Below are positions 40,718 through 50,336 of a DNA stretch of 64,000 bases, piece by piece; within the stretch, counting starts at the first letter, position 1; each line of letters begins with the position of its first letter. The notes below the pieces were generated by a model. That model worked only from the letters and a program-made list of their open reading frames with translations, ran no database searches and was not told where the DNA came from. The translations under genes and the position numbers were made by a program. The stretch comes from a virus (Duplodnaviria > Caudoviricetes), in IMG/VR virus record IMGVR_UViG_3300031998_000027, positions 52,287 to 116,286 of that record; one strand, written 5' to 3'.

Positions 40718-43063
40718 TTATAAATTTGCTATTTCTTTTATTTTTGAATTTTCAGGAAGTTTAATCGCGCGTGCGCCCTGAGTACCACGAGAAAGCTGTG
40801 GTATATCAGCTAGACGAATACGAATTTGAGAAGTTTCGGCGGTTACTAATATGTCTCCAGCGCCGGCCACTGGTAGAAAATCACATAGATTATCAGTCTT
40901 TTGGATTTTAACACCCTTAGTGCCGCGCCCTGTTGTCCGAAATTCAGAAAGCTCAGTTCTCTTTATATATCCATCTTCCGAGATGGAAACAACTTCCTTC
41001 GCGTCAGAACCTATAGCCCGCGCGCTAACAACGTAATCAAAACTATCTAACTTTATTCCAATAATACCTTTTGCGGTGCGTCCTATTGGTCTAATATCCT
41101 TTGTTTCTATTATAATAAAGTTACCAGATTTGGTTGCAATTCCAAGTTTCTCTTCATTCATAAAGAGGATTGAAGTAACTTCATCACCCGTATTTAACTC
41201 AAGTGCTTTAAGTCCATTCTTCGCGCGCTTTATATTATATTCTGAAAGAAGACTCTTCTTTAACATTCCATTTTTAGTAATGAAAAGAATGTGGCGCGCT
41301 GGATTAGAATTTGAAAGATTCGTAAGCGCGCAAACTCTTTCATTTTGCGAAATAGAAAAAAGACTTTCAATCACAATCTTTTCTCCTATGGAAAGTGCAT
41401 TAGCTTCATAAGCATAAACATTTCCAGTTTGTGTAAAGAAGAGAAGGTTGTCGGTATTTTGGCAAGTCGTTGAGGCTATTACATACTCACCCTTATCAAG
41501 CTTAAATTTTGAGCCTACACCGCCGCGTCTCTGTGAATAGAGGGAAGAAGTTTCTTCAAGGAAAAGATTATTTTGATTAGTAAGATTTACCATTAAAGAT
41601 TTAACTTCTATTGTCTCATCATTATTTTCAGAGAGGTTTAAAATTGTGGTGCGGCGCGTATCTCCAAATTTATTGGCGACCTCGCGCAATCCTTTTTCAA
41701 TCTCCTTTTTGAGGAGATCGGGATTATCAAGTATCTGCTGAATTGAGGCCGCGCGCTCTGTAAGCTCATTTTGTTCGCTAACTAACTTAGTTATATCCAG
41801 TTTACTCAGTTTAGAAAGCTTTAAGTCCAAAATTGCTTTTGCCTGAGCCGCATTAATTTCCAAAAGTTTTTGGAGGGCGAGACTCGCCGTTGTTGTGTCG
41901 GCCGCCGTCTTAATTGTCTGAATAACCTCATCAATCATATCGTAGGCTTTAAGTAATCCTTCAATGATATGAAGTCTATCTTTAATTTTCTTGAGGTCAA
42001 ACTTAAATCCATTTGTATAGACAATGGTTTCATGGTCAAGATGCGCCTGAAGCAGTTCTTTCCAAGTGAAGACTTTGGGAAAGCGCCCATTCTCCAACAT
42101 CGTAAAATTAACAGAATAGTAAGATTGAAGGGAGGTTTCTTTAAAAAGGGTTCTAAGAACTTTATCTGGGTTAGCATTACGCGTTAAATAAATTTTAATG
42201 TTTGGCGCCATACCAGTAAGGTCATTGAACCGATCAATACCGGGGTTCTTTTCACTATTTATAATCTCTTCAAGTTCTTTACAAATTGTTTCTGTATAAA
42301 CCATGTAGGGAATTTCAGTTACAATAAAGCATTTTTCTTTGGGATCATAGTCAACTTTACTGCGTAACTTACAAGCAAAACCATGTCCCTCACGATGGCT
42401 TTCTTTGACCTCATTTGCGTTGAGGAGAATTGCGCCAGTTGCAAAGTCCGGAACACAGTAAATTTCCTCAAAATCAATCCCTGGATTCCAAAGTAGCTTT
42501 ATTAAAGCTTCATTCAACTCTTTTAAGTTATACTGAGGAATACTGGAAGAAGCACCTACCCCTATTCCATATGAACCATTGACGAGATTGAAGAACCCTT
42601 TAGAGGGTAAAATCATTGGATATTGTTCAGTATTGTCGTAGTTATCACGCCATTCCTCTATTGTGTCTTTCTGAATATCAGCAAAGAGGTACTCAGCAAG
42701 AGGGGTAAGGCGCGAAGCTGTGTAACGAGGCGCGGCCCAACTGCCGGCCGCCAACAGCGTACCATAAGAACCTTCAACCTCAATTAGAGGATAGCGCATA
42801 GCAAAAGGCTGCGCCGCCCTCATTATGACACCTTCGGCGCTGGAATCGCCATGGATATACATACGGAAAACAGAACTGATTGCTTTTAGAGTCTTTTGAT
42901 AGGGTTTAGAATGGATAAATTTATCAGTATAAAGGCAATAGAAGATTTGACGAGCCGAAGGCTTCATACAATCACGGGCATCGGGAAGTGCGCGGCTCTG
43001 TAGAACGGCTCCTGCGAATTGAAGAAAACTATCTTTAATTATTGGTGTTAAGTTTTGTTCCAT
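40718..43063 (-). CDS. gyrA: DNA gyrase subunit A
   Basis: RALPDARD, IHGDSS, catalytic AAPRYT, GyrA-box-like QRRGGVG, beta-pinwheel repeats. Confidence 0.9.
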   Translation of the reverse strand: MEQNLTPIIKDSFLQFAGAVLQSRALPDARDCMKPSARQIFYCLYTDKFIHSKPYQKTLKAISSVFRMYIHGDSSAEGVIMRAAQPFAMRYPLIEVEGSYGTLLAAGSWAAPRYTASRLTPLAEYLFADIQKDTIEEWRDNYDNTEQYPMILPSKGFFNLVNGSYGIGVGASSSIPQYNLKELNEALIKLLWNPGIDFEEIYCVPDFATGAILLNANEVKESHREGHGFACKLRSKVDYDPKEKCFIVTEIPYMVYTETICKELEEIINSEKNPGIDRFNDLTGMAPNIKIYLTRNANPDKVLRTLFKETSLQSYYSVNFTMLENGRFPKVFTWKELLQAHLDHETIVYTNGFKFDLKKIKDRLHIIEGLLKAYDMIDEVIQTIKTAADTTTASLALQKLLEINAAQAKAILDLKLSKLSKLDITKLVSEQNELTERAASIQQILDNPDLLKKEIEKGLREVANKFGDTRRTTILNLSENNDETIEVKSLMVNLTNQNNLFLEETSSLYSQRRGGVGSKFKLDKGEYVIASTTCQNTDNLLFFTQTGNVYAYEANALSIGEKIVIESLFSISQNERVCALTNLSNSNPARHILFITKNGMLKKSLLSEYNIKRAKNGLKALELNTGDEVTSILFMNEEKLGIATKSGNFIIIETKDIRPIGRTAKGIIGIKLDSFDYVVSARAIGSDAKEVVSISEDGYIKRTELSEFRTTGRGTKGVKIQKTDNLCDFLPVAGAGDILVTAETSQIRIRLADIPQLSRGTQGARAIKLPENSKIKEIANL

Positions 43064-43066
43064 TCT

Positions 43067-44920
43067 TTACTCCTTAATCTCCGAAAAGTCAATATTTTCC
43101 CAAATAAATTCATGCTTTGACGCGGAGTCTTTTCCCATCAGTTGCTCTAACAGTATAAGACTTTCTCCATCCTCTTCCAATACATCAATTCTTTGAAATT
43201 CTTCCGTAAACATACTTCTACGTGCTTGTTCTGGGTTGAGGGCGCCAAGTCCTTTATTGCGCTGGACTTCACCTTTAATCTTGCCACGGGCCGCATTGAA
43301 CTCTTCATCAGTAAAATAATAATCTTCTTTACCTTTATTCTTTACAATATAGAGCGGTGACCTTACCCAACAAAGTCGTCCTTCCTCAATAAATTTTGGA
43401 GCAACTTTATAAAGCGCGCACATTATCAGAAGTCCAATTGCATAGCCATCAGCATCAGCATCGGTTAGAATTCCAATTCGTCCGTAACGAAGCTTCTTCC
43501 CATCATACTTTCCAGGCACAATATTCATTGCACTTAAAAGTAATTTAACTTCTTCATTCTGATAAAATTTCTCCTCTTCATTTGCAAAAGCATTTATCAT
43601 TTTACCACGAAGAGCCAGAATACCATATTTCTTTTCATCGCGCGCCATAGCTATTGAAGAAGCCGCGCTAAGTCCCTCAACAAGAAGTAGGGTTGAATCT
43701 TGTCCAAGAAATTCTGCATCTTTTAATTTATCACTTGCAAAAACTTTCTTTTTCTGATTCTTTTCTACATCCTTTGCTGCTTCTAGAACTTGCCGGCGCG
43801 CCTTTTCAGCAGCGGCTTCGGCTTTCATTTCTTTTGTTAGTAAGTCAAGAACTTTATCAAACTCATCTTTGTGACGTCTCTCAAAGTCTTCCAACATTTG
43901 AGTAGTTGCACGCTGACAAAGCCCTCTTAGTTCAGGATTATTAACCTTTGTTTTTGTTTGATTTGCAAAAGAAGGATTTGGAACCTTACAACTGACTGCA
44001 TAGAATAAACCTTTTCTTAAAATTTCGGGATTGGCTTCACCTTTTAGTTTTTTCTTAAAAAAGTTTGTAAGGGCAGTTTTAATACCCGTAAGAGAAGTGC
44101 CGCCTTCAACATTTTCAAGACCATTTGTAAAAACGTGCCAAGTTTCAGAGCGACTATCTGTCCATTCCATTACTATTTCGGCTTCAATTCCGTCTTCTTG
44201 GACTTCAATTTTAAGAGGAGTTTTATTAAGAGCGCGGCCGCCTTGTTCTTTCATAAAATCGGTTAGACCATTTTTAGAAAGGTAAGTAACCTTTTCATTT
44301 GTAATATGGTTATGAAGAATAAAGGAAACTCCTTTTGAAAGATAAGACCAGTTTTGGCACATACTTTTTATTTCTTCAAAATCTATTGAAATGGGTTCAA
44401 GATTATAGACTTCTGGAGAAGGAATAAATTTAACTACTGTGCCGGTTTTATTTTCTTTTAAAGGAGAAACAGTAAAGCTTTCCTTAATTCCTTTATTTAG
44501 TTTTAGATAACCACATTGTTTATCACGATAACTCCAAACTTCAAATTTATCTGAAGAAAGCGCAACACCTTTCGCGCCGATACCATTCATACCTGCGACA
44601 TTTTGAAAAATTTTATCATCAAACTTCGCGCCTGAGTGCGCCATTGTGTAAATGGCTTCAAGAGCTTCTGTCCCATCTTCTCTAATTCCAAACGGACAGC
44701 CGCGGCCCTCATCGGCAATAGCAATACAATTTCCTTCATAAAGGTCAACATAGATTTTATTGCCGAAACCCATTGTCGCTTCATCTATTGAGTTTGTAAT
44801 AATTTCTCTGACACATTGAAGGACACCTTGGTTATCCGCGCTACCCATATACATGGCAATGCGCGAACGGATTGCAGTGCGGAAATCAAGGGTTTTTATG
44901 TCATTTGCATTATATTCCAT
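43067..44920 (-). CDS. gyrB: DNA gyrase subunit B
   Basis: EIITNSIDE, DEGRG, GMNGIG (GHKL); VEG.SA, LRGK, TDADADG (Toprim); RNKGLG. Confidence 0.92.
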   Translation of the reverse strand: MEYNANDIKTLDFRTAIRSRIAMYMGSADNQGVLQCVREIITNSIDEATMGFGNKIYVDLYEGNCIAIADEGRGCPFGIREDGTEALEAIYTMAHSGAKFDDKIFQNVAGMNGIGAKGVALSSDKFEVWSYRDKQCGYLKLNKGIKESFTVSPLKENKTGTVVKFIPSPEVYNLEPISIDFEEIKSMCQNWSYLSKGVSFILHNHITNEKVTYLSKNGLTDFMKEQGGRALNKTPLKIEVQEDGIEAEIVMEWTDSRSETWHVFTNGLENVEGGTSLTGIKTALTNFFKKKLKGEANPEILRKGLFYAVSCKVPNPSFANQTKTKVNNPELRGLCQRATTQMLEDFERRHKDEFDKVLDLLTKEMKAEAAAEKARRQVLEAAKDVEKNQKKKVFASDKLKDAEFLGQDSTLLLVEGLSAASSIAMARDEKKYGILALRGKMINAFANEEEKFYQNEEVKLLLSAMNIVPGKYDGKKLRYGRIGILTDADADGYAIGLLIMCALYKVAPKFIEEGRLCWVRSPLYIVKNKGKEDYYFTDEEFNAARGKIKGEVQRNKGLGALNPEQARRSMFTEEFQRIDVLEEDGESLILLEQLMGKDSASKHEFIWENIDFSEIKE

Positions 44921-44981
44921 TTATTCAACTCCTTTTGTCTATCTCTTATAGCATAGACAAAATTTCTAAAACTTTCAAATT

Positions 44982-45548
44982 TTAATGACCGAATGGCTCA
45001 ATAGAAATCCAATGAAAGGTTGAGTCATCCCACTCAGGTTCTTCTATTTTTTTAAAATATTCATCTATCGGTATAAAATGTTCTCGTTTTTTTTCTGCAC
45101 AGTCATCGCACCATGGACAAATCCAACCTGTTGAAATTTTCGTAGCAGGTGCGCCGCAAATAAAACAAGTCCGTGCGCTCAAATCTTCATATTTTCGAAT
45201 TATTTGATTAAGTCTTTCTTTAATAGATTCTGGAACAGAACTATCATACCAATGAAGATAACCGAATTTCTCTTTAATTTGTAAAATTCTATATTTATAG
45301 ACCCAGTCAGCCTCTTCAAGTAACTTCTGAATTTCCTCACACATCTGTTCTCCAAAAGCTTTGCGCCAACCATCTGGCATTGCGTCGAGTTCAGTCCAAC
45401 TATAATCAAAATCTTCGATTTCTTCGTCTGTCCAACGATTGCGCGGAATAAGCCAGGGAAACATTAGACAAAGCCAATGATTATGGTCTTCAGTACCGAC
45501 TGGCGCGTCTCTAAGGTCATGAAGCCAATCTAAGTATTCATTACTCAT
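44982..45548 (-). CDS. Conserved phage hypothetical protein with Zn ribbon
   Basis: QIKEKFG.L.WY motif; CFICG..CDDC. Confidence 0.6.
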   Translation of the reverse strand: MSNEYLDWLHDLRDAPVGTEDHNHWLCLMFPWLIPRNRWTDEEIEDFDYSWTELDAMPDGWRKAFGEQMCEEIQKLLEEADWVYKYRILQIKEKFGYLHWYDSSVPESIKERLNQIIRKYEDLSARTCFICGAPATKISTGWICPWCDDCAEKKREHFIPIDEYFKKIEEPEWDDSTFHWISIEPFGH

Positions 45549-45573
45549 TATTAAAACTCCTTTTCTCCTATTA

Positions 45574-45615
45574 TTCTATATTTATTATACTAAAAATTTA
45601 TAAAAAAATCAATTT
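45574..45615 (-). promoter_or_regulatory. sigmaA-like promoter heading the replication block
   Basis: TTGATT-17-TATAAT..TAGAA. Confidence 0.6.
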
Positions 45616-45632
45616 TTTTAAGTCATTTATTA

Positions 45633-45698
45633 TTTTTGTATAAAATATACAAATTTGACAAGATTGCGTTGGCTAAATTTGTTAAATTTATACAAAAA
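45633..45698. repeat. 24-bp imperfect inverted repeat at the divergence point
   Basis: TTTTTGTATAAAATATACAAATTT / AAATTTGTTAAATTTATACAAAAA, 18-nt spacer. Confidence 0.7.
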
Positions 45699-45727
45699 TT
45701 ATTTCTACTTTATAATGGTGGGGGAAA

Positions 45728-46111
45728 ATGAAATATATTTTTTACAATCCAAATCCTTTAGGTTTATCAGTTGGAGATTGCACAGTGCGCGCAATTTCAA
45801 AAGTGACAGGTCTTAATTGGCAAGAGACTTATCTTTATTTACTAATCCAAGGTTATATGATGTCCGACATGCCTTCAGCCAATAGAGTATGGGGAGAACT
45901 CCTAAAAAGCTTTGGTTTTAAAAGACAACTCTTGCCAGACACCTGCCCAGATTGTTATACAATACGCGATTTTTGCCGTGATAATCCAATTGGTACTTAT
46001 CTTTTAGGAACAGGAGAACATGTCGTCGCAGTAATCGACGGAAACTACTACGATTCCTGGGATTCAGGAAACGAAATTCCAATTTATTTTTTTGAGAGGT
46101 TAGAACAATGA
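45728..46111 (+). CDS. Putative papain-like cysteine peptidase (cassette gene 1)
   Basis: GDCTVRAI..GEHVVAVIDG..YDSWDS suggests Cys-His-Asp triad. Confidence 0.55.
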   Translation: MKYIFYNPNPLGLSVGDCTVRAISKVTGLNWQETYLYLLIQGYMMSDMPSANRVWGELLKSFGFKRQLLPDTCPDCYTIRDFCRDNPIGTYLLGTGEHVVAVIDGNYYDSWDSGNEIPIYFFERLEQ

Positions 46112-46497
46112 CTTACAATTATTATCAACAGCCATATGGCTACAACTCAAACTACACTTTACCTTCTCAGCAAAATTCTTATCAACCCTATCAAAGTTAT
46201 CAATCATCGCAACCAAATCCCAATAATGGCTTTAATTGGGTTCAAGGAGAATTTGCTGCTCGCGCCTTCAACGTAAATCCTGGAAGCAAAGCTCTTCTTT
46301 TAGACTCAGAAAAAGATGTCTTTTATATTAAATCAGTTGATATAAATGGTACTCCTGCGCCGCTTCGTATTTTTGAATACAAAGAAGTTTTTGCAGATGG
46401 CGCTAATATGTCGCAAGCAGGACAAGAAAATCCTCAATATATTACAAAGAAAGAATTTGAGGAACGCATTGCTGAAATCGAAGAATTATTAAAGTAA
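46108..46497 (+). CDS. Hypothetical protein, Q/Y/N-rich N-terminus (cassette gene 2)
   Basis: Coupled ORF; WVQGE..LLDSE..FYIKS core; C-terminal YITKKEFE helix. Confidence 0.7.
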   Translation: MTYNYYQQPYGYNSNYTLPSQQNSYQPYQSYQSSQPNPNNGFNWVQGEFAARAFNVNPGSKALLLDSEKDVFYIKSVDINGTPAPLRIFEYKEVFADGANMSQAGQENPQYITKKEFEERIAEIEELLK

Positions 46498-46507
46498 GGA
46501 GGCAACA

Positions 46508-46723
46508 ATGGCTAATTCAATTTTAAGTTCTTTATCCCCCGCTTTTAGCAGCGGTGTTAATGGTTTTCTTTCGCATTTAGATGAGTTTAATAACTTTAAA
46601 AATAATTTTAGTGGAAACCCACAAACTGAGGCGCAGAAATTGCTTCAGTCTGGGAAAATGTCTAAACAACAGTTTCAACAATATGCTCAATTAGCTAATT
46701 TAATTCGTCCATTAATTGGATGA
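46508..46723 (+). CDS. Hypothetical protein (cassette gene 3)
   Basis: AGGAGG SD; NPQ....LLQSGKMSKQQF. Confidence 0.7.
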   Translation: MANSILSSLSPAFSSGVNGFLSHLDEFNNFKNNFSGNPQTEAQKLLQSGKMSKQQFQQYAQLANLIRPLIG

Positions 46724-46753
46724 TAAAAAATATTATATAGGAGGTATATTATT

Positions 46754-47506
46754 ATGGCTTTAACGAATGGCGAATTAAGCGCGGCTGATATCGCGGCTGT
46801 GACTGGAGGTAACGGCGGTAACGGCTGGGGTGGCGATGGCGCTTGGTGGCTTATCGTCCTGTTCCTCTTCGCTCTTGGCGGTCGAGGCTTTGGCTTCGGA
46901 GGGAATGGCGGTGGAGACGGCGGTTATGCTACCTCTTCTGAAGTGCAGCGTGGCTTTGACCAGAGCGCCGTTATGTCTGCTTTAAGTGGCATCAATACTG
47001 CTCTGGCCGGCGCGGAAGTTTCTAGGTGTAACACTCAAGCCAATATCCTTGGCGCGATTAATGGGTTACAGACGGGTCTTTCTTCTCAGTTAGTTCAAAT
47101 GCTCATGGCACAACAAGAGTGCTGCTGCGAAAACAGATTAGGTCTTGCTAATCTGAACTCGACAATTCTGGCCGAGAACTGCGCCGACCGCGCGGCTCTG
47201 TCTGACGGTATCCGTGATATTCTGACTAATCAGAACATGGGTATTCAGAGGATACTTGACCAGATGTGCAACGATAAGATCGATGCGAAGAACGAAAAGA
47301 TTGCTGACCTTGAGCGTCAATTGACGATGGCGAACCTGGCTGCTTCTCAGGGCGCGCAGACCAGCCGCATCCTGGCGGATAACGCGGCCCAGACTGCGGC
47401 ACTTGAGCAGTATCTCGCTCCTGTCCCTCGTCCGGCTTACATTGTGCAGAATCCCAATGGTTGCGGATGCAACTATAATGGCGGAAACTGCTGTGGCTCT
47501 TTCTAA
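46754..47506 (+). CDS. Gly-rich hydrophobic segment plus Cys-rich coiled-coil protein (cassette gene 4)
   Basis: GGAGGT SD; GWGGDGAWWLIVLFLFALGG; QQECCCEN; GCGC..CC tail; highly-expressed codon bias. Confidence 0.75.
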   Translation: MALTNGELSAADIAAVTGGNGGNGWGGDGAWWLIVLFLFALGGRGFGFGGNGGGDGGYATSSEVQRGFDQSAVMSALSGINTALAGAEVSRCNTQANILGAINGLQTGLSSQLVQMLMAQQECCCENRLGLANLNSTILAENCADRAALSDGIRDILTNQNMGIQRILDQMCNDKIDAKNEKIADLERQLTMANLAASQGAQTSRILADNAAQTAALEQYLAPVPRPAYIVQNPNGCGCNYNGGNCCGSF

Positions 47507-47521
47507 TTAGGGGGTATTACA

Positions 47522-47956
47522 ATGGCGGAATTTACAAGTAATGCGGTTCAAACTGTGGCCGCTGGGCAAAATGTCTTGTTTACCGAAACCGCTGTGCCTT
47601 GCAATAGAGGATATGTAATTCATAGAGAAGGCGCCGGTATAGTGACTTTGCGCGGAATTGTTAATAACCCTTGTGCGTGTTTTGCGAGATATAAGATTTT
47701 CTTTGGTGGTAATATAGCTATTCCTACCGACGGCACTGTTGGCCCAATTTCTGTTGCTTTAGCGATAGATGGGGAAGCAATCCCAACCAGCTCTGCAATT
47801 GTGACCCCAGCCGCGGCTGGAGACTTTTGGAATATTGCAGAGGCTTTATTTGTAACAGTACCAAAGGGTTGCTGCTATACAATAGCCGTTGAGAATACTA
47901 GTGACCAACCAATTGAAATTCAAAACGCGAATTTAATTGTAGAAAGAACTGCATAG
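47522..47956 (+). CDS. BclA-C/TNF-like beta-sandwich protein (cassette gene 5)
   Basis: QTVAAGQNVLF..YKIFFGGNI..ALAIDGE..NANLIVER beta pattern. Confidence 0.55.
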   Translation: MAEFTSNAVQTVAAGQNVLFTETAVPCNRGYVIHREGAGIVTLRGIVNNPCACFARYKIFFGGNIAIPTDGTVGPISVALAIDGEAIPTSSAIVTPAAAGDFWNIAEALFVTVPKGCCYTIAVENTSDQPIEIQNANLIVERTA

Positions 47957-47971
47957 GAGGTAAAAGAGAAA

Positions 47972-48379
47972 ATGGATAAATATACAGTTGATGCTCTTAA
48001 GGCCATGTTATGCAGAGAGTTAGATGAATCTGTAATGAGAGGAATTAAAACCTACCAGGATTTAGATAACGTCAAAGATACGACTGAGGCGCTGAAAAAT
48101 TTATATAAGATTGAGAAGCTTTCAATGGAAGAACCGATGTATAGTCAGCGCGGAGGCCAAGATGGCGGAAATTATATGATGGGTAATTCCTATGCTAGAC
48201 CTGGTGAAGGTGGCGGAAATTCTCGTATGTATGACCCATATCTAATGGAACGGCGCTATAGTGGCACTGATGGAAAAGAGCAAATTATTAAAGAATTACA
48301 TCGACTTATGGAGAACACAGGAGATGAGAGAATGAAAAGTACTCTTATGGAATGTGTTGGGAAGATGGAAAAGATGTAA
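47972..48379 (+). CDS. Hypothetical helical protein (cassette gene 6)
   Basis: AGGAGG SD; helical ends, Gly/Tyr/Arg-rich middle. Confidence 0.7.
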   Translation: MDKYTVDALKAMLCRELDESVMRGIKTYQDLDNVKDTTEALKNLYKIEKLSMEEPMYSQRGGQDGGNYMMGNSYARPGEGGGNSRMYDPYLMERRYSGTDGKEQIIKELHRLMENTGDERMKSTLMECVGKMEKM

Positions 48380-48390
48380 GGAAGAAGTTG

Positions 48391-48423
48391 AGAGAAGGGA
48401 GAAGAAACTCCCTTCTCTTTTTT
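48391..48423 (+). terminator. Intrinsic terminator closing the six-gene cassette
   Basis: AGAGAAGGGAG/CTCCCTTCTCT plus T-run. Confidence 0.85.
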
Positions 48424-48496
48424 ATAGAGTTAATGGGATATTGGTTTACTTTTTATTAGTAAGATGGTGACATTTTTTAATAAGGAGGCTTATAGA

Positions 48497-48730
48497 ATGG
48501 CAATTAAATTATTAGCTGTTAATGATGTTTATAATATAAGAGAAGCCAAATATATAGTTGATGAAGAAAATGAGAAGGATTTAATACCGGATGAAGATAA
48601 GGTTCAAGGTACTAAGGTTTTAGTTATTAAAGGAAATAAGGAATATAGAATGGATTCTGCTGGGAACTGGGTTGAAACTACGAAAGTTCTTAGAGTTGTT
48701 GCCGTAGTAGGCACAGCAGAAGTCGAATAA
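48497..48730 (+). CDS. Small hypothetical (possible virion fibre-associated) protein
   Basis: AAGGAGG SD before ATG 48497; resembles N-terminus of 49214 ORF. Confidence 0.55.
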   Translation: MAIKLLAVNDVYNIREAKYIVDEENEKDLIPDEDKVQGTKVLVIKGNKEYRMDSAGNWVETTKVLRVVAVVGTAEVE

Positions 48731-48744
48731 GGAGGTAATTATAA

Positions 48745-49197
48745 ATGTCATATACACCGAATAATTGGCAGACTGGAGACATTATTACGGCGCAGAAACT
48801 TAACAATATGGAAAGTGGAATCGCGGCCGCAAGTAGCAGCGGCGGCACGGAGATTTTGTACTTTTATATGCAGTATCCCGCAAGTTTCTTCCATGACCCC
48901 AACGACGGAGAAGAAACCCCGCTGACCGTTGCCCAAGTGACCGCCGCGCTTGTGGACAACCCGACCGCGTATGCTTTTCTCCCGATGGAAGTGCCTACCG
49001 CTCCCGTTTTCGGGGCGGTCGTCCTTGGGCATCTCGTTCTCAACTATTTTGTAGACGATGCAACGTCGCTGACCCTCTACAACGTAGATTGTGACCCGTA
49101 CGACCCGATGGGCGGTGTTTCGACACCCCACACTATCGCTTATGCGGAAGCGGGCGGCGCAGTTGTCGAAGACCCCATAGGCGAGTCTATAGACTAA
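48745..49197 (+). CDS. Putative fibre/adhesin protein
   Basis: MSYTPNNWQTGDIITAQKLNNMESGI N-terminal motif typical of phage fibre proteins; GC-rich C-terminal module. Confidence 0.55.
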   Translation: MSYTPNNWQTGDIITAQKLNNMESGIAAASSSGGTEILYFYMQYPASFFHDPNDGEETPLTVAQVTAALVDNPTAYAFLPMEVPTAPVFGAVVLGHLVLNYFVDDATSLTLYNVDCDPYDPMGGVSTPHTIAYAEAGGAVVEDPIGESID

Positions 49198-49213
49198 CCG
49201 CAGGAGGTAAAAA

Positions 49214-50248
49214 ATGGCTATTCAACTTGAAAAAGAAAATGGTAAATTTAATATATATGAACAGCACTTTTTAATTGATAGTGCCGCGGATCTTCAAACT
49301 CTTGAGAGTGAATATAGTTGCCATCAAGGTGATAAAGCCGAATTGCCAGATGGAAGCTATTATATAAGGCATTCGGATGACTATCAAGGAGAAAAATGGG
49401 AGTTAGCAAAGAGTTCTAGTGGCGGTGGAGGAGGCGGCTCTGACCTACCCGCTGTGACTTCGGCTGATAATGGCGACCTGCTCGGTGTGGTGAACGGCGC
49501 GTGGGGCAAAACTGACCCGCCGTATAGTGTAAGTGAAAGCCTACAGACCATTATAGCCCAGCAGACTTTGGAAACTATGGATATGGGCGGCATTTATCTT
49601 GCTCAAATATCCTGCGATACGCCGCCCGAAAACGGAACGGCGTGTGTTGTTACGCTGAACGGCACAGACTATGAGCTGACAGCCGCTGAAGCTGGAGCTA
49701 TGGGTGGCGGGACGGCGGTATATTTGGGTGTGCTGAACGGCGAGACCCCCGATTTTACCGATTATCCATTTTTTATGGCGTTTGCGCAAGGTATGGCGAT
49801 AATATATGCTACTTCTGCTAATCCAGTAATTAAGGTGCAGGGCGTATTGAAAGAGGTTACACCTGCTGATGATTTTAGCACCGCCGTGCATAATGCGATG
49901 AGCGACATTATAGACACCCCGCTCCCCTATGTTCTTGTGCTTGAATGGGACAGTATCACATCTGCTTATGTGCCAAAAGATATCACATTTGAAGATGCGG
50001 CATCGGCAATAGAAATGGGACACAGTAACACATACCGACCTACAATGCTTTATTTTGCCTTTGGCGGATACAATGGTTATTTCGCTCCCGCAAATGTTGT
50101 CCGTTTGACTGGGTATAATGGCATCTGGGCTGATTTCGTGCATAAAGGTTTATCCAATTCAAGCCTTTACTGGGCACACATTGAATGGACGGAAGCAGAC
50201 GGCGTAGTAATTACAGAGACAAAGATAACTACCACCTCGACCACCTAA
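49214..50248 (+). CDS. Putative fibre/adhesin protein
   Basis: SSSGGGGGGS linker, LPAVTSADNG.LL.VVNG.W motif, beta-rich modules. Confidence 0.5.
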   Translation: MAIQLEKENGKFNIYEQHFLIDSAADLQTLESEYSCHQGDKAELPDGSYYIRHSDDYQGEKWELAKSSSGGGGGGSDLPAVTSADNGDLLGVVNGAWGKTDPPYSVSESLQTIIAQQTLETMDMGGIYLAQISCDTPPENGTACVVTLNGTDYELTAAEAGAMGGGTAVYLGVLNGETPDFTDYPFFMAFAQGMAIIYATSANPVIKVQGVLKEVTPADDFSTAVHNAMSDIIDTPLPYVLVLEWDSITSAYVPKDITFEDAASAIEMGHSNTYRPTMLYFAFGGYNGYFAPANVVRLTGYNGIWADFVHKGLSNSSLYWAHIEWTEADGVVITETKITTTSTT

Positions 50249-50336
50249 CCCCAGCAACATAAAGAATAGTGAAGTTTATAATATTTTAGTTACAAACTCA
50301 GGGCTTAACCCTAATGCTAACTTTATAAATTAAAGA

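Noticed and set aside
27915-44920. Inteins in DnaE, DnaB or gyrase
   Set aside because: Lengths are normal and no C..HN/C,S,T splice or LAGLIDADG motifs are visible
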